A stretch of DNA of 32,000 bases from Nitrososphaera viennensis EN76 (GTDB lineage: Archaea > Thermoproteota > Nitrososphaeria > Nitrososphaerales > Nitrososphaeraceae): assembly GCF_000698785.1 (NCBI RefSeq), contig NZ_CP007536.1, forward strand, positions 1,020,001-1,052,000. Reading direction: 5' to 3'. The notes below the pieces were generated by a model. It made no database searches and was not told where the DNA came from. It saw only the letters and a list, made by a program, of their open reading frames with translations. The position numbers and the translations under genes are program-made. Position 1 is the first letter of the stretch; every line of letters starts with the position of its first letter. Positions 1-6,899 of the stretch are shown piece by piece.

Positions 1-90
1 AACATATCGTGAGCAAAATGCGCAAAATCTTTATTTTTTTTATTTAGCCTCGTCGGAATTTCTGCTGCGAGCGCGGTTGGTTATATTGCT

Positions 91-666
91 ATGAATAATC
101 CATCTTCTGCAGTCCAGCCCACTTCTGGATTCGTACCAAAGCAACTCATAGTACAAATTGGTTCGGATGCATCAAAATCGGGAGAGACTCTGCCAGTAAA
201 CGTTAATCAGCAAATCAGCCCTAGCGGACCGGTCGATTCCATAACACTGATCGAAATAATGCCAGATTGGAATGTTACAGATACCAATACGCATGACTTT
301 TCAATCGTGGACGCCAATAACAAATCTGCGATAAGGGTGGGAGAACCAATTGTCCACGAAGCAGCCTTGGCAAGACTGAAAGTAAATTGTGGCGTTGGCG
401 ACGATAGGGTGGCGCTTTTTCCGCGGCCCATAACCGTGCGGCTTGCCAGTGACACAAATGGCGATCTGCTGATAAAATATTCTCTGACAGGATTGAATCC
501 CAAAGCTGATGGAACATACGAATTGAAATTTGCATCAGTTTATCCGACCAAAGTCGTTCTGCCACAAAACGCAGACATCACAACTAATCATTCTGCGGAA
601 TGCAATGGCCAGTACGAAGACTTTGGTAAAATATTTGTCTATGACATGGTTTTTAGATTGAGGTAA
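91..666 (+). CDS. hypothetical protein, no recognisable family
   Basis: 191-codon ATG ORF in the lower-GC left end of the window; no motif recognised. In-frame codons upstream (13-90) encode a hydrophobic stretch (SLFFLFSLVGISAASAVGYIA) with no start codon of its own; see the T8-run finding. Confidence 0.45.
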   Translation: MNNPSSAVQPTSGFVPKQLIVQIGSDASKSGETLPVNVNQQISPSGPVDSITLIEIMPDWNVTDTNTHDFSIVDANNKSAIRVGEPIVHEAALARLKVNCGVGDDRVALFPRPITVRLASDTNGDLLIKYSLTGLNPKADGTYELKFASVYPTKVVLPQNADITTNHSAECNGQYEDFGKIFVYDMVFRLR

Positions 667-709
667 AACCCTCACTCGGAGCCGGAGACTATCTTGCAAT
701 GACTTCTCA

Positions 710-1432
710 TCAGATTGGTGCCTTATTGTAGAGGTTTTTTGTTGTTCTGTGCCGAAAAGTGCTATTCGTACCGTCTTTAATTCGTGTGTTGCCGAAGCCT
801 CTCGTAATGATTATTATGCCGACTATTCCCGCAGCCATCCGAGACAACTCAAATGGACCAAATTCCGGAATAGGATGAGCGAGTTCTAGTTTGTATAGCT
901 TTGAAGCAATCCCTGTTGTCAGATACGGGTTAATGCCGACTAGGACTGTACTGCCATCTCCACTTACGATGTAGCTTGTCGGAGCTTCAAGACCCGTATA
1001 GGGCGTATGCCTGTACGAACCGTCGGTGCTTGTAACTCTTAGATCTGCAATGGGAATTCTGGCGCCGGCCCCTTGGATGTATGTAACAAGTTCATCGTTA
1101 GGACTCCACTTTAGATCGTGTGGACTAGTTCCGGCTTTTTCATATACCGTAGAAGTTTCATTCTTTTCGATATCCAGTACGAGAAGCCGTATCAATCCAA
1201 AGTAGACTTGCCCTTCAATATTCTTGGCGATTGGAATCGCGATTCTTTTTCCATCGTGACTGACGGCGAAATCTGATGCCAAGTTTCCTTCGTATAGTTT
1301 TGAAATCTTGTTGCCAGTAGAATCTGTGAGCCAGAATGTATTGAATTGCTCAGATGCACCCTCTGCTGACGAAGTTGAGTGTTTTTCGGCAATGACCAGG
1401 TTGTAGGTGCCATTTCCGTTGGCATTTCGCAA
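710..1432 (-). CDS. TolB/PD40-like beta-propeller repeat protein with PEFG-type C-terminal anchor; apparently 5'-truncated
   Basis: PD40-like strands (FAVSHDGKRIAIP, LKWSPNDELVTY, YIVSGDGSTVLVG). The C-terminal HPIPEFGPFELSRMAAGIVGIIIITRG resembles the thaumarchaeal PEFG-CTERM sorting signal. Only a TTG start is available, there is no signal peptide, and the frame opens at 1453 inside the tRNA-like element. Confidence 0.5.
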   Translation of the reverse strand: MRNANGNGTYNLVIAEKHSTSSAEGASEQFNTFWLTDSTGNKISKLYEGNLASDFAVSHDGKRIAIPIAKNIEGQVYFGLIRLLVLDIEKNETSTVYEKAGTSPHDLKWSPNDELVTYIQGAGARIPIADLRVTSTDGSYRHTPYTGLEAPTSYIVSGDGSTVLVGINPYLTTGIASKLYKLELAHPIPEFGPFELSRMAAGIVGIIIITRGFGNTRIKDGTNSTFRHRTTKNLYNKAPI

Positions 1433-1450
1433 AACGTCAAAGTCATAGTA

Positions 1451-1534
1451 GGTTCAAGCCGGGGCTCGAACCCACAGTGGTAGCAGGCACAGAGGGACTC
1501 AAACCCTCCAACCGCAGAAATTACTTCTTTTAAC
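1451..1534 (-). pseudogene. degenerate class-II tRNA-like element, tRNA-Ser(UGA)-like
   Basis: The minus strand reads 26 nt, then a perfect 5-bp stem GAGGG/CCCTC with loop TTTGAGT (U33, anticodon TGA at 1501-1499, purine 37). A 16-nt variable region follows, then a T-arm-like GTGGG-TTCGAGC-CCCGG, then 7 nt plus a discriminator. The 84-nt total fits class-II layout. However U8, G18G19 and the D-stem are not conserved and the acceptor pairs only 5 of 7. Confidence 0.3.
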
Positions 1535-1639
1535 CTTGTGCGTGCATGATGTTGCCGCAAATGAAAAACAAGAAACCGGAAAGGGCGAAAGAGCAGCAGT
1601 ACATGCTTGGCGGCTCCTCGAAAATTCGTGTTTCGCGTT

Positions 1640-1699
1640 TTATGCACGTACGTGCTCATTTTATGCAATTATGCACGCTCGAAATCCGGCCTTATGCAC
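1640..1699 (+). repeat. four direct copies of TTATGCA(C/A) in a non-coding region
   Basis: Copies at 1640-1647, 1661-1668, 1669-1676 and 1692-1699, plus the 10-bp palindrome CACGTACGTG at 1646-1655. Positions were cross-checked against ORF-track frames. Confidence 0.7.
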
Positions 1700-1809
1700 C
1701 ACGTTTGTTTTTGCAGAATATATCCCAGCATACGCTCAAAATATTCCAAAAAAGGAACAATATTCCAGCTCGGGCAAGGCAATTATTTCAGTACCAATAC
1801 CCGTCAAGA

Positions 1810-1817
1810 TTAATATA
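1810..1817 (+). promoter_or_regulatory. TATA-like box (TTAATATA) upstream of the FKBP gene
   Basis: AT-rich octamer about 27 nt upstream of ATG 1841. The same spacing recurs at other genes in this window. Confidence 0.45.
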
Positions 1818-1840
1818 AGGTAGAAACCGTCTCGCAATTC

Positions 1841-2605
1841 ATGCCTTTGGAAAAGGGTTCACTTGTATTGGTAGATTACACTGCTAAAGTTAAGGACACT
1901 AACGAGGTTTTCGAGACTACTCGCGAGGAAGAGGCGAAAAAGACCGACCTCTACGACCCGACCCGCAAGTACGAGCCCAGGCTCGTCTCGGTGGGCGAGG
2001 CGTGGGTGCTCAAGGGCCTCGACGAGGCGCTGGCAAAGGCGGGCGTCGGCGACAAGATGAACGTCGAAGTCACGCCGGACAAGGGCTTTGGCGAGCGCGA
2101 CCCGAACAAGGTGAGGATGATCCCGCAGCGCAAGCTCGGCGACAAGGCAGACGAGGTCCGCGTCGGCGACGTGGTGGAGCTGGACGACAGGACAGGGATC
2201 GTCCGCTACGTCGGCTCTGGCAGGCTGCAGGTCGATTTCAACCACCGCCTTGCAGGCAAGACGCTCGTGTACGACGTCAACGTCATCAAAAAGCTTGACA
2301 CCGACAACGACAAGATAACTGCCCTCATAAAGCGCAGGATCCCGATAGAGGACGCCAAGATCAAGTTCAACCTGTCAGGCGCAAACCTGGACATGGAGCT
2401 GCCCGAAGAGACGTACATGGCAGAGGGCCTGCAGATAATAAAGAGGGCGGTTGCAAACGACATATTCAAGTTCGTCCCGGCTGTCAAGAACATCAAGTTC
2501 ATAGAAAACTACGCAGCCCCGCAGCCGGCTACTGAAAAGAAGGAAGAAGGAGCGGCAGCCAAGCCGGCTGCCGCGGCCACCGAAGCCAAGGCAGAAGCAA
2601 AATAA
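1841..2605 (+). CDS. FKBP-type peptidyl-prolyl cis-trans isomerase, archaeal long (SlyD/FKBP26-like) form
   Basis: 254 aa. FKBP-domain pattern (VSVGEAWVLKGLDEAL, GFGERDPNKV, LAGKTLVYDVNV) with an inserted flap region, an extra C-terminal domain and an Ala/Lys/Glu-rich tail. Confidence 0.85.
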   Translation: MPLEKGSLVLVDYTAKVKDTNEVFETTREEEAKKTDLYDPTRKYEPRLVSVGEAWVLKGLDEALAKAGVGDKMNVEVTPDKGFGERDPNKVRMIPQRKLGDKADEVRVGDVVELDDRTGIVRYVGSGRLQVDFNHRLAGKTLVYDVNVIKKLDTDNDKITALIKRRIPIEDAKIKFNLSGANLDMELPEETYMAEGLQIIKRAVANDIFKFVPAVKNIKFIENYAAPQPATEKKEEGAAAKPAAAATEAKAEAK

Positions 2606-2631
2606 CCTTCCCCTTTTTACCCCTTTTATGG
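2606..2631 (+). terminator. pyrimidine/oligo-T tract after the FKBP stop codon
   Basis: CCTTCCCCTTTTTACCCCTTTTATGG lies directly after TAA. Archaeal terminators are typically oligo-T runs. Confidence 0.35.
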
Positions 2632-2642
2632 TAGCAAAAACT

Positions 2643-2652
2643 TATTATATTA
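2643..2652 (+). promoter_or_regulatory. TATA-like box (TTATTATATT) upstream of the iscA-like gene
   Basis: Centred about 28 nt upstream of ATG 2675, which implies a leaderless or very short-leader mRNA. Confidence 0.45.
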
Positions 2653-2674
2653 AAAAACACAAGTTTCCTGCAGC

Positions 2675-3025
2675 ATGGAAAGCGCTCAACACGTACAAAG
2701 CATAACAGTAACCCCAAAGGCGGCAGAAAAGGTCGCCGAGTTCATGAAGCAGGAGGGCAATACTGGCCTCTTTTTGAGGGTTTATGTCACCGGCGGCGGA
2801 TGCTCGGGCCTGTCATACGGCATGGGCTTTGAGGAAAAGCCGGACGAGGACGACAGCATCATCGAGCAGAACGGCGTCAAGGTTCTTGTTGACAGCTACA
2901 GCCAGAGGTACCTGAGAGGCGCAAACATCGACTATGTCGAGAGCCTGATGGGTTCCGGCTTCAAGATCAACAACCCGAACGTCACAAAGAGCTGCTCGTG
3001 CGGACACTCGTTCAGCACAGAGTGA
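2675..3025 (+). CDS. iscA: A-type iron-sulfur cluster insertion/carrier protein (HesB/IscA/ErpA family)
   Basis: 116 aa. Carries the GGGCSG motif and the C-terminal CSCGHSF signature of A-type Fe-S carriers. Confidence 0.9.
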   Translation: MESAQHVQSITVTPKAAEKVAEFMKQEGNTGLFLRVYVTGGGCSGLSYGMGFEEKPDEDDSIIEQNGVKVLVDSYSQRYLRGANIDYVESLMGSGFKINNPNVTKSCSCGHSFSTE

Positions 3026-3122
3026 GTAAGCAAAAACTCTCTCTCCCTCTTTTCCTTCTTCTTTTCTTCTCGTTTGGATAAAACCTTATTAGAAGACCCT
3101 TTGCGACGGATTTGCATCACAC

Positions 3123-3845
3123 TTGCCTCATGCGCGCAGGATAATCGACATTATTTTCATAGCACTGGTCCTTGTCGCCATCTCGATCACGGCGATCGTG
3201 GTCGCCAGGATCGTGACCGACGCGTTCAAGCCAGCAACGCTTGAAAGCAATAGCAGCGTCGAAGAAGGCGCTAACGCCAAACTGACCATTACAGACCCGG
3301 ACGCGAATTTTCAAGATCAGTCTGAAAACCCAGCAATGCCACAAAGCCAGACAAATACAGGCGATTTTGCTTTAATTCTTACAGATGCAGAACAGGCGGG
3401 AGGGCCGCTTGACCACCCCGCCGCAACCGCACTGTACGAATACGCGCCTTTCACCCTCCCGATAACGTGGGGCGCGGTCGCCGGGACCGTCATCTGGCGG
3501 GGCAGGGTCAGGTCGCAGTGGAGCAAGCAGGGCTACGACTATGACACCTTCAAGCTCATTACAAAAATGCGCGGAAGCCCGACCCGCCAAAAGCTTCTCG
3601 AAGCGGTCAAGAACGAGCAAAAGAACAAGCTCCAGCTTGCAAACGAGCTCGGAGTCGACTGGAAGACAATAGACAACCATGTCGGCATGCTGCTCGAGGC
3701 CCGGCTCATAGAGGAAAAAGATGTCGTCGGCACTGCAAGGTATTATGCCATAACAGAGAGCGGCGCAAGAGTCCTGACCCTGCTTGCCAGCAGCGAGCTT
3801 GGCAATAGTAGTAGCAGCAAAGCGGATGGCGGCGATAAAAAGTGA
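3123..3845 (+). CDS. membrane-anchored winged-helix (ArsR/MarR-like) DNA-binding protein
   Basis: N-terminal hydrophobic helix (IIDIIFIALVLVAISITAIVVARIV) and a C-terminal wHTH (RQKLLEAVKNEQKNKLQLANELGVDWKTIDNHVGMLLEARLIEE). The TTG start is uncertain. The stop overlaps the next gene's GTG (GTGA). Confidence 0.6.
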   Translation: MPHARRIIDIIFIALVLVAISITAIVVARIVTDAFKPATLESNSSVEEGANAKLTITDPDANFQDQSENPAMPQSQTNTGDFALILTDAEQAGGPLDHPAATALYEYAPFTLPITWGAVAGTVIWRGRVRSQWSKQGYDYDTFKLITKMRGSPTRQKLLEAVKNEQKNKLQLANELGVDWKTIDNHVGMLLEARLIEEKDVVGTARYYAITESGARVLTLLASSELGNSSSSKADGGDKK

Positions 3846-4387
3846 GCAGGATTGCTTTTCTGGTTCTGGTTTTTTTCTGCATGCTCTGCATGGTGACGCT
3901 GTCCAACGTGCCAAAGGCGCAAGCGTGCAGCTGTAGCGGTCCGAGGCCGCCGGACGAGATGTTTGAAAAAAGCACCGCGGTGTTTGCCGGCACAGTCGTC
4001 AGCATCGAGACCGGCGACTACAGCAGAACCGTGCATTTTGGCGTGGAAAGGGCGTGGAAGGGGGTGTCGGCAAGGACGCTTGCGCTGACCACGGCAGGTT
4101 CAGGTGCTTCGTGCGGCTATGATTTTGACAAAGGAAAGGAATACGTCGTATACGCCCACGGAAGCGAGGAATCCTCTCTGGAGGCAAGCATGTGCAGCCG
4201 GACACAACTGCTTGCTGATGCGTACGACGACCTTGCTTACCTTGGCGAAGGCTACATTCCGGCGCCAGGCCAGCCAATAGTTGTAAAAGAGCCGGGCGAC
4301 CCGTTCCTGCCGTTTATAGGCATCGGGGTCGCCGTCACTGCAGCGATCGTGCTTTTTACCCTGAGAAAGAGCAAACAACAGAAATGA
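3842..4387 (+). CDS. secreted TIMP/NTR-like Cys-x-Cys protein with C-terminal sorting-signal-like anchor
   Basis: A signal peptide ending in AQA is followed by CSCSGPRPP. Later SCGYDF and SMCSRT cysteines parallel the TIMP N-domain disulfide partners. The tail PGDPFLPFIGIGVAVTAAIVLFTLRKSKQQK has a motif, a TM segment and a basic end. Confidence 0.6.
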   Translation: MSRIAFLVLVFFCMLCMVTLSNVPKAQACSCSGPRPPDEMFEKSTAVFAGTVVSIETGDYSRTVHFGVERAWKGVSARTLALTTAGSGASCGYDFDKGKEYVVYAHGSEESSLEASMCSRTQLLADAYDDLAYLGEGYIPAPGQPIVVKEPGDPFLPFIGIGVAVTAAIVLFTLRKSKQQK

Positions 4388-4414
4388 AAAAATTGTGGGG
4401 CGGTTCCTTTGCGT

Positions 4415-5935
4415 TTATGCCATCTTTTCCTTCTCCTGTTTTGGCGCCCTCCTCTTTAGCAGCAGAGAGAAGGCCAGCGACGCGGCCGACAGCAGGCTGG
4501 CCGTAAGGAAGACCATGTTGTACGATTCGGGGGCAGGGTACGAGCTTCCTTGTGCCGACGACGTATGCTGCAGCTGCTGCATGTACAGCCCTGCGAGCGC
4601 CGGGCCTATCGACATCCCTATGAAGAACAGCAGCGCGCCCACGCCCACCGATATTCCCGTGAACTCTGCCGGGGACGAAGACACGATGATGTTCCATCCT
4701 GCGGTGCTTGTCAGCGAAAGGCCGGTGGCTATTATTGCGAGGTTGGTCGACACCAGCAGACCCGACGAATGGAACAGGAGCAGGCCGATTCCTCCAATCA
4801 GGCTGATTATGCCGCCAACTATCGTGGGCTTGATGTTTCCTATCTTGTTTATGATAAAGGCCGTCGCGGTGGCAAACACCAGGAACATTATCATGAACGG
4901 GAGCTGGACGTTTGCCGCGTCTACCGCGTTCCCGCCAAACCCAAACGGCTGCGGGCTCCTTACCAGCTGCACCACGGACGGGTACACAAGGAACATCGTT
5001 ATCCCTGTCGCCATCAGTATTATGTACGACGGCAGGAGGATCTTGTGCTTCAGCAGCCTCAGGTCGAGCAGCGGCGATGCCGTCCTTTTCTCTATGGCGA
5101 CAAAGAGCACAAGCGAAACTGCCGATGCTGTAAAGGCGCCTGCTATCTGTGCCAGGTTCCCCGGGTTGACCCCGGTCTCTACAAGCGTCATTCCCATCAG
5201 AAACGACGATATCGCGGCTGACAATGCTATTGCGCCCTTGATGTCTATTGCAGGCGACGGCTTGCCGGTGTTCCCCGTGCCCTTGGCAGACAGCAGCCGC
5301 AGGCGCGCTTCTCTGCTGCCGTTGTCTTTGACGAGTATGGCGATCATCAGAGTCACTATCGCCGCGACCGGGGCTATGGTAAAGAACGTGGAGTGCCAGC
5401 CAAAGTGCTGGATTATGCTGGCCCCTATCAGCAGGCCGACCACGGAACCGGCCGAATACGCAGAGCCGAATACCCCCACGGCTATGGCGAGTTTTGACGG
5501 CGGGAACGAGTCCCTCAGGAGGCTAAAGGCAGCAGGGACGGCTGCAAGGCCCACACCCTGGATTATCCTACTGGCAAGCAGGAACGATATGCTGTTTGCA
5601 AAGCCTCCCGCGGTGATGCCGGCAACATATATTGAAAGCAGTATGAGCAGTATTTTCTTTTTGCCGTACATGTCGGACAGCTTGCCGGCAATCGGTGTCA
5701 TTACGGCGGCCACTATCAAATACGCGCTGAATATCCACGCCGAAGTGCCGTACGGTATGTCAAAGTCCTGCATTATCTCAGGAATAGCCGGCAACAGCAT
5801 GGTCTCCGAGAACATCACTGCCAGGAGAGTGCTGCTGAGTATGGCCAAGGTGAACCACGCTGAACGGCTGCTGGTTACTGCTACCGGCGCGTTCTGCTCT
5901 TTTTCCTCCGTTCGTCTCCTCTTTTCCTCTTTCAT
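4415..5935 (-). CDS. MFS transporter, DHA2 (EmrB/QacA-like, 14-TM) drug:H+ antiporter family
   Basis: 506 aa and highly hydrophobic with many TM segments. MFS loop motif GKLSDMYGKKK after TM2. ATG start at 5935. Confidence 0.85.
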   Translation of the reverse strand: MKEEKRRRTEEKEQNAPVAVTSSRSAWFTLAILSSTLLAVMFSETMLLPAIPEIMQDFDIPYGTSAWIFSAYLIVAAVMTPIAGKLSDMYGKKKILLILLSIYVAGITAGGFANSISFLLASRIIQGVGLAAVPAAFSLLRDSFPPSKLAIAVGVFGSAYSAGSVVGLLIGASIIQHFGWHSTFFTIAPVAAIVTLMIAILVKDNGSREARLRLLSAKGTGNTGKPSPAIDIKGAIALSAAISSFLMGMTLVETGVNPGNLAQIAGAFTASAVSLVLFVAIEKRTASPLLDLRLLKHKILLPSYIILMATGITMFLVYPSVVQLVRSPQPFGFGGNAVDAANVQLPFMIMFLVFATATAFIINKIGNIKPTIVGGIISLIGGIGLLLFHSSGLLVSTNLAIIATGLSLTSTAGWNIIVSSSPAEFTGISVGVGALLFFIGMSIGPALAGLYMQQLQHTSSAQGSSYPAPESYNMVFLTASLLSAASLAFSLLLKRRAPKQEKEKMA

Positions 5936-5957
5936 GCCCGCAACTTTTAGAATAATG

Positions 5958-5967
5958 AATATATAAA
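5958..5967 (-). promoter_or_regulatory. TATA-like box (minus strand TTTATATATT) for the MFS gene
   Basis: About 25-30 nt upstream of ATG 5935 on the minus strand. Confidence 0.4.
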
Positions 5968-5974
5968 CACAGAG

Positions 5975-5998
5975 GTTTACAAATTAGTTTACAAATTA
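5975..5998. promoter_or_regulatory. tandem perfect 12-bp repeat GTTTACAAATTA x2, candidate operator
   Basis: Copies at 5975-5986 and 5987-5998, immediately distal to the MFS TATA box. A third near-identical copy sits in the equivalent position of the adjacent regulator's promoter. Confidence 0.55.
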
Positions 5999-6075
5999 TA
6001 CGAGCTACGTGCTAGATCATGCCCGGCTATAGAGATTCAATAGGCAGTTGCAGATTTTAGGCAACCAATCTCTAT

Positions 6076-6747
6076 CTAACTATTGTTCTGTATCTCAAAC
6101 CTGCACACGCGGTCGCCGTTGGCAGCCCTGTGGGTGGCTTCCACTTTTGCATCAAGGAGTTTTTCAAACATCTCGACCTCGGTGCTGCACGCCTCGCCGT
6201 GCTTTTCTGCTATTTCAAGGATCGGGCAGTTGTATTCCAGCAAGATGTGGCCGCTTCCTCCTCCTTTCTGGCGCCCGTGTTTCTTTGATTCTGCAATGTA
6301 GCCTTCTTCGTCTCGAATCCTTGCCAGTTCCTTGACTTTTGCATCAAAGGTCAGGCCCTTTAGGCGCGGGTAGTACTTGTCGTAAAGTTCGCTCTGCCGC
6401 TCGCGCAATATTTTTTCGACGCCTTCCTTGCCCATGTTGCGCTCTATGAAATCAAGCGCGCAGACTGCAACGGCGTTGTACGCCTTTGGAAACACCCTTT
6501 TGCAGTCATTTGTCAGTTGATAAAACATCTTGGGCCGGCCGACGCCCTTCCTTATTTCGATGCTCTCTACCAGCCCCCTTTCCTGCAATACTGCCAGATG
6601 CTTGTGAACAGCCATCTTGGATATCTTCATGGCTTCAGCCAGGTCCCTGAGCTGGGCTTGCTGCATGACCTTGAGGTAGTACAGAATCTTCTTTTTTGGG
6701 CCGCTGTATCCACCCGCAATTTCATTCGATTCTGGGGCAGAGTCCAT
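6076..6747 (-). CDS. ArsR/COG2345-type winged-helix transcriptional regulator with Cys-containing C-terminal domain (SufR-like architecture)
   Basis: 223 aa. N-terminal wHTH (ILYYLKVMQQAQLRDLAEAMKISKMAVHKHLAVLQERGLV). The C-terminal domain has three spaced Cys (NCP, ACS, VCRF). Confidence 0.7.
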   Translation of the reverse strand: MDSAPESNEIAGGYSGPKKKILYYLKVMQQAQLRDLAEAMKISKMAVHKHLAVLQERGLVESIEIRKGVGRPKMFYQLTNDCKRVFPKAYNAVAVCALDFIERNMGKEGVEKILRERQSELYDKYYPRLKGLTFDAKVKELARIRDEEGYIAESKKHGRQKGGGSGHILLEYNCPILEIAEKHGEACSTEVEMFEKLLDAKVEATHRAANGDRVCRFEIQNNS

Positions 6748-6770
6748 ATGCTTTGATTCTTTTTTGGCAA

Positions 6771-6778
6771 GAATATAC
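6771..6778 (-). promoter_or_regulatory. TATA-like box (minus strand GTATATTC) for the regulator gene
   Basis: About 30 nt upstream of ATG 6747 on the minus strand. Confidence 0.35.
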
Positions 6779-6784
6779 CTTTTG

Positions 6785-6796
6785 GTTTACAAATAA
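6785..6796. promoter_or_regulatory. third copy of the operator-like motif (GTTTACAAATAA)
   Basis: Matches the 5975-5998 repeat unit at 11 of 12 positions. It lies 6-7 nt distal to the regulator's TATA-like box, the same placement as in the MFS promoter. Confidence 0.5.
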
Positions 6797-6899
6797 TAGT
6801 AGGCACAACGTCGCGGTCCGTTTCTGCTCCACGACATGCCAGTCATCCCATATCATTCTGGGACGCCGTCCTGCGCACGCGCGCACACACAGAGAGAGA

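Noticed and set aside
1540-1600. ATGATGT near 1545 considered as a C box of a C/D box sRNA
   Set aside because: The last base deviates from the RUGAUGA consensus, and no CUGA D box or terminal stem lies at a suitable distance.
1536-1823. Three overlapping plus-strand ORFs (95, 90 and 68 aa) and the 158-aa minus ORF 1192-1668
   Set aside because: They occupy all frames of the same AT-rich gap and have alternative starts and implausible composition. The minus-strand ORF reads straight through the tRNA-like element. I treat the region as non-coding.
2002-2298. 98-aa Arg/Gly-rich ORF inside the FKBP gene, and similar Arg-rich ORFs inside gdhA, the translin gene, the Hjc-like gene and the GMC gene
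   Set aside because: These are off-frame artefacts of GC-rich coding sequence. Each overlaps a gene with a clear family signature.
4395-5966. 523-aa plus-strand ORF covering the whole MFS transporter locus
   Set aside because: It is an antisense shadow frame of a GC-rich gene. Its composition is odd and low-complexity (Ser/Ala/Pro/Ile-rich) with no motif, whereas the minus-strand product is a clear 14-TM MFS protein.
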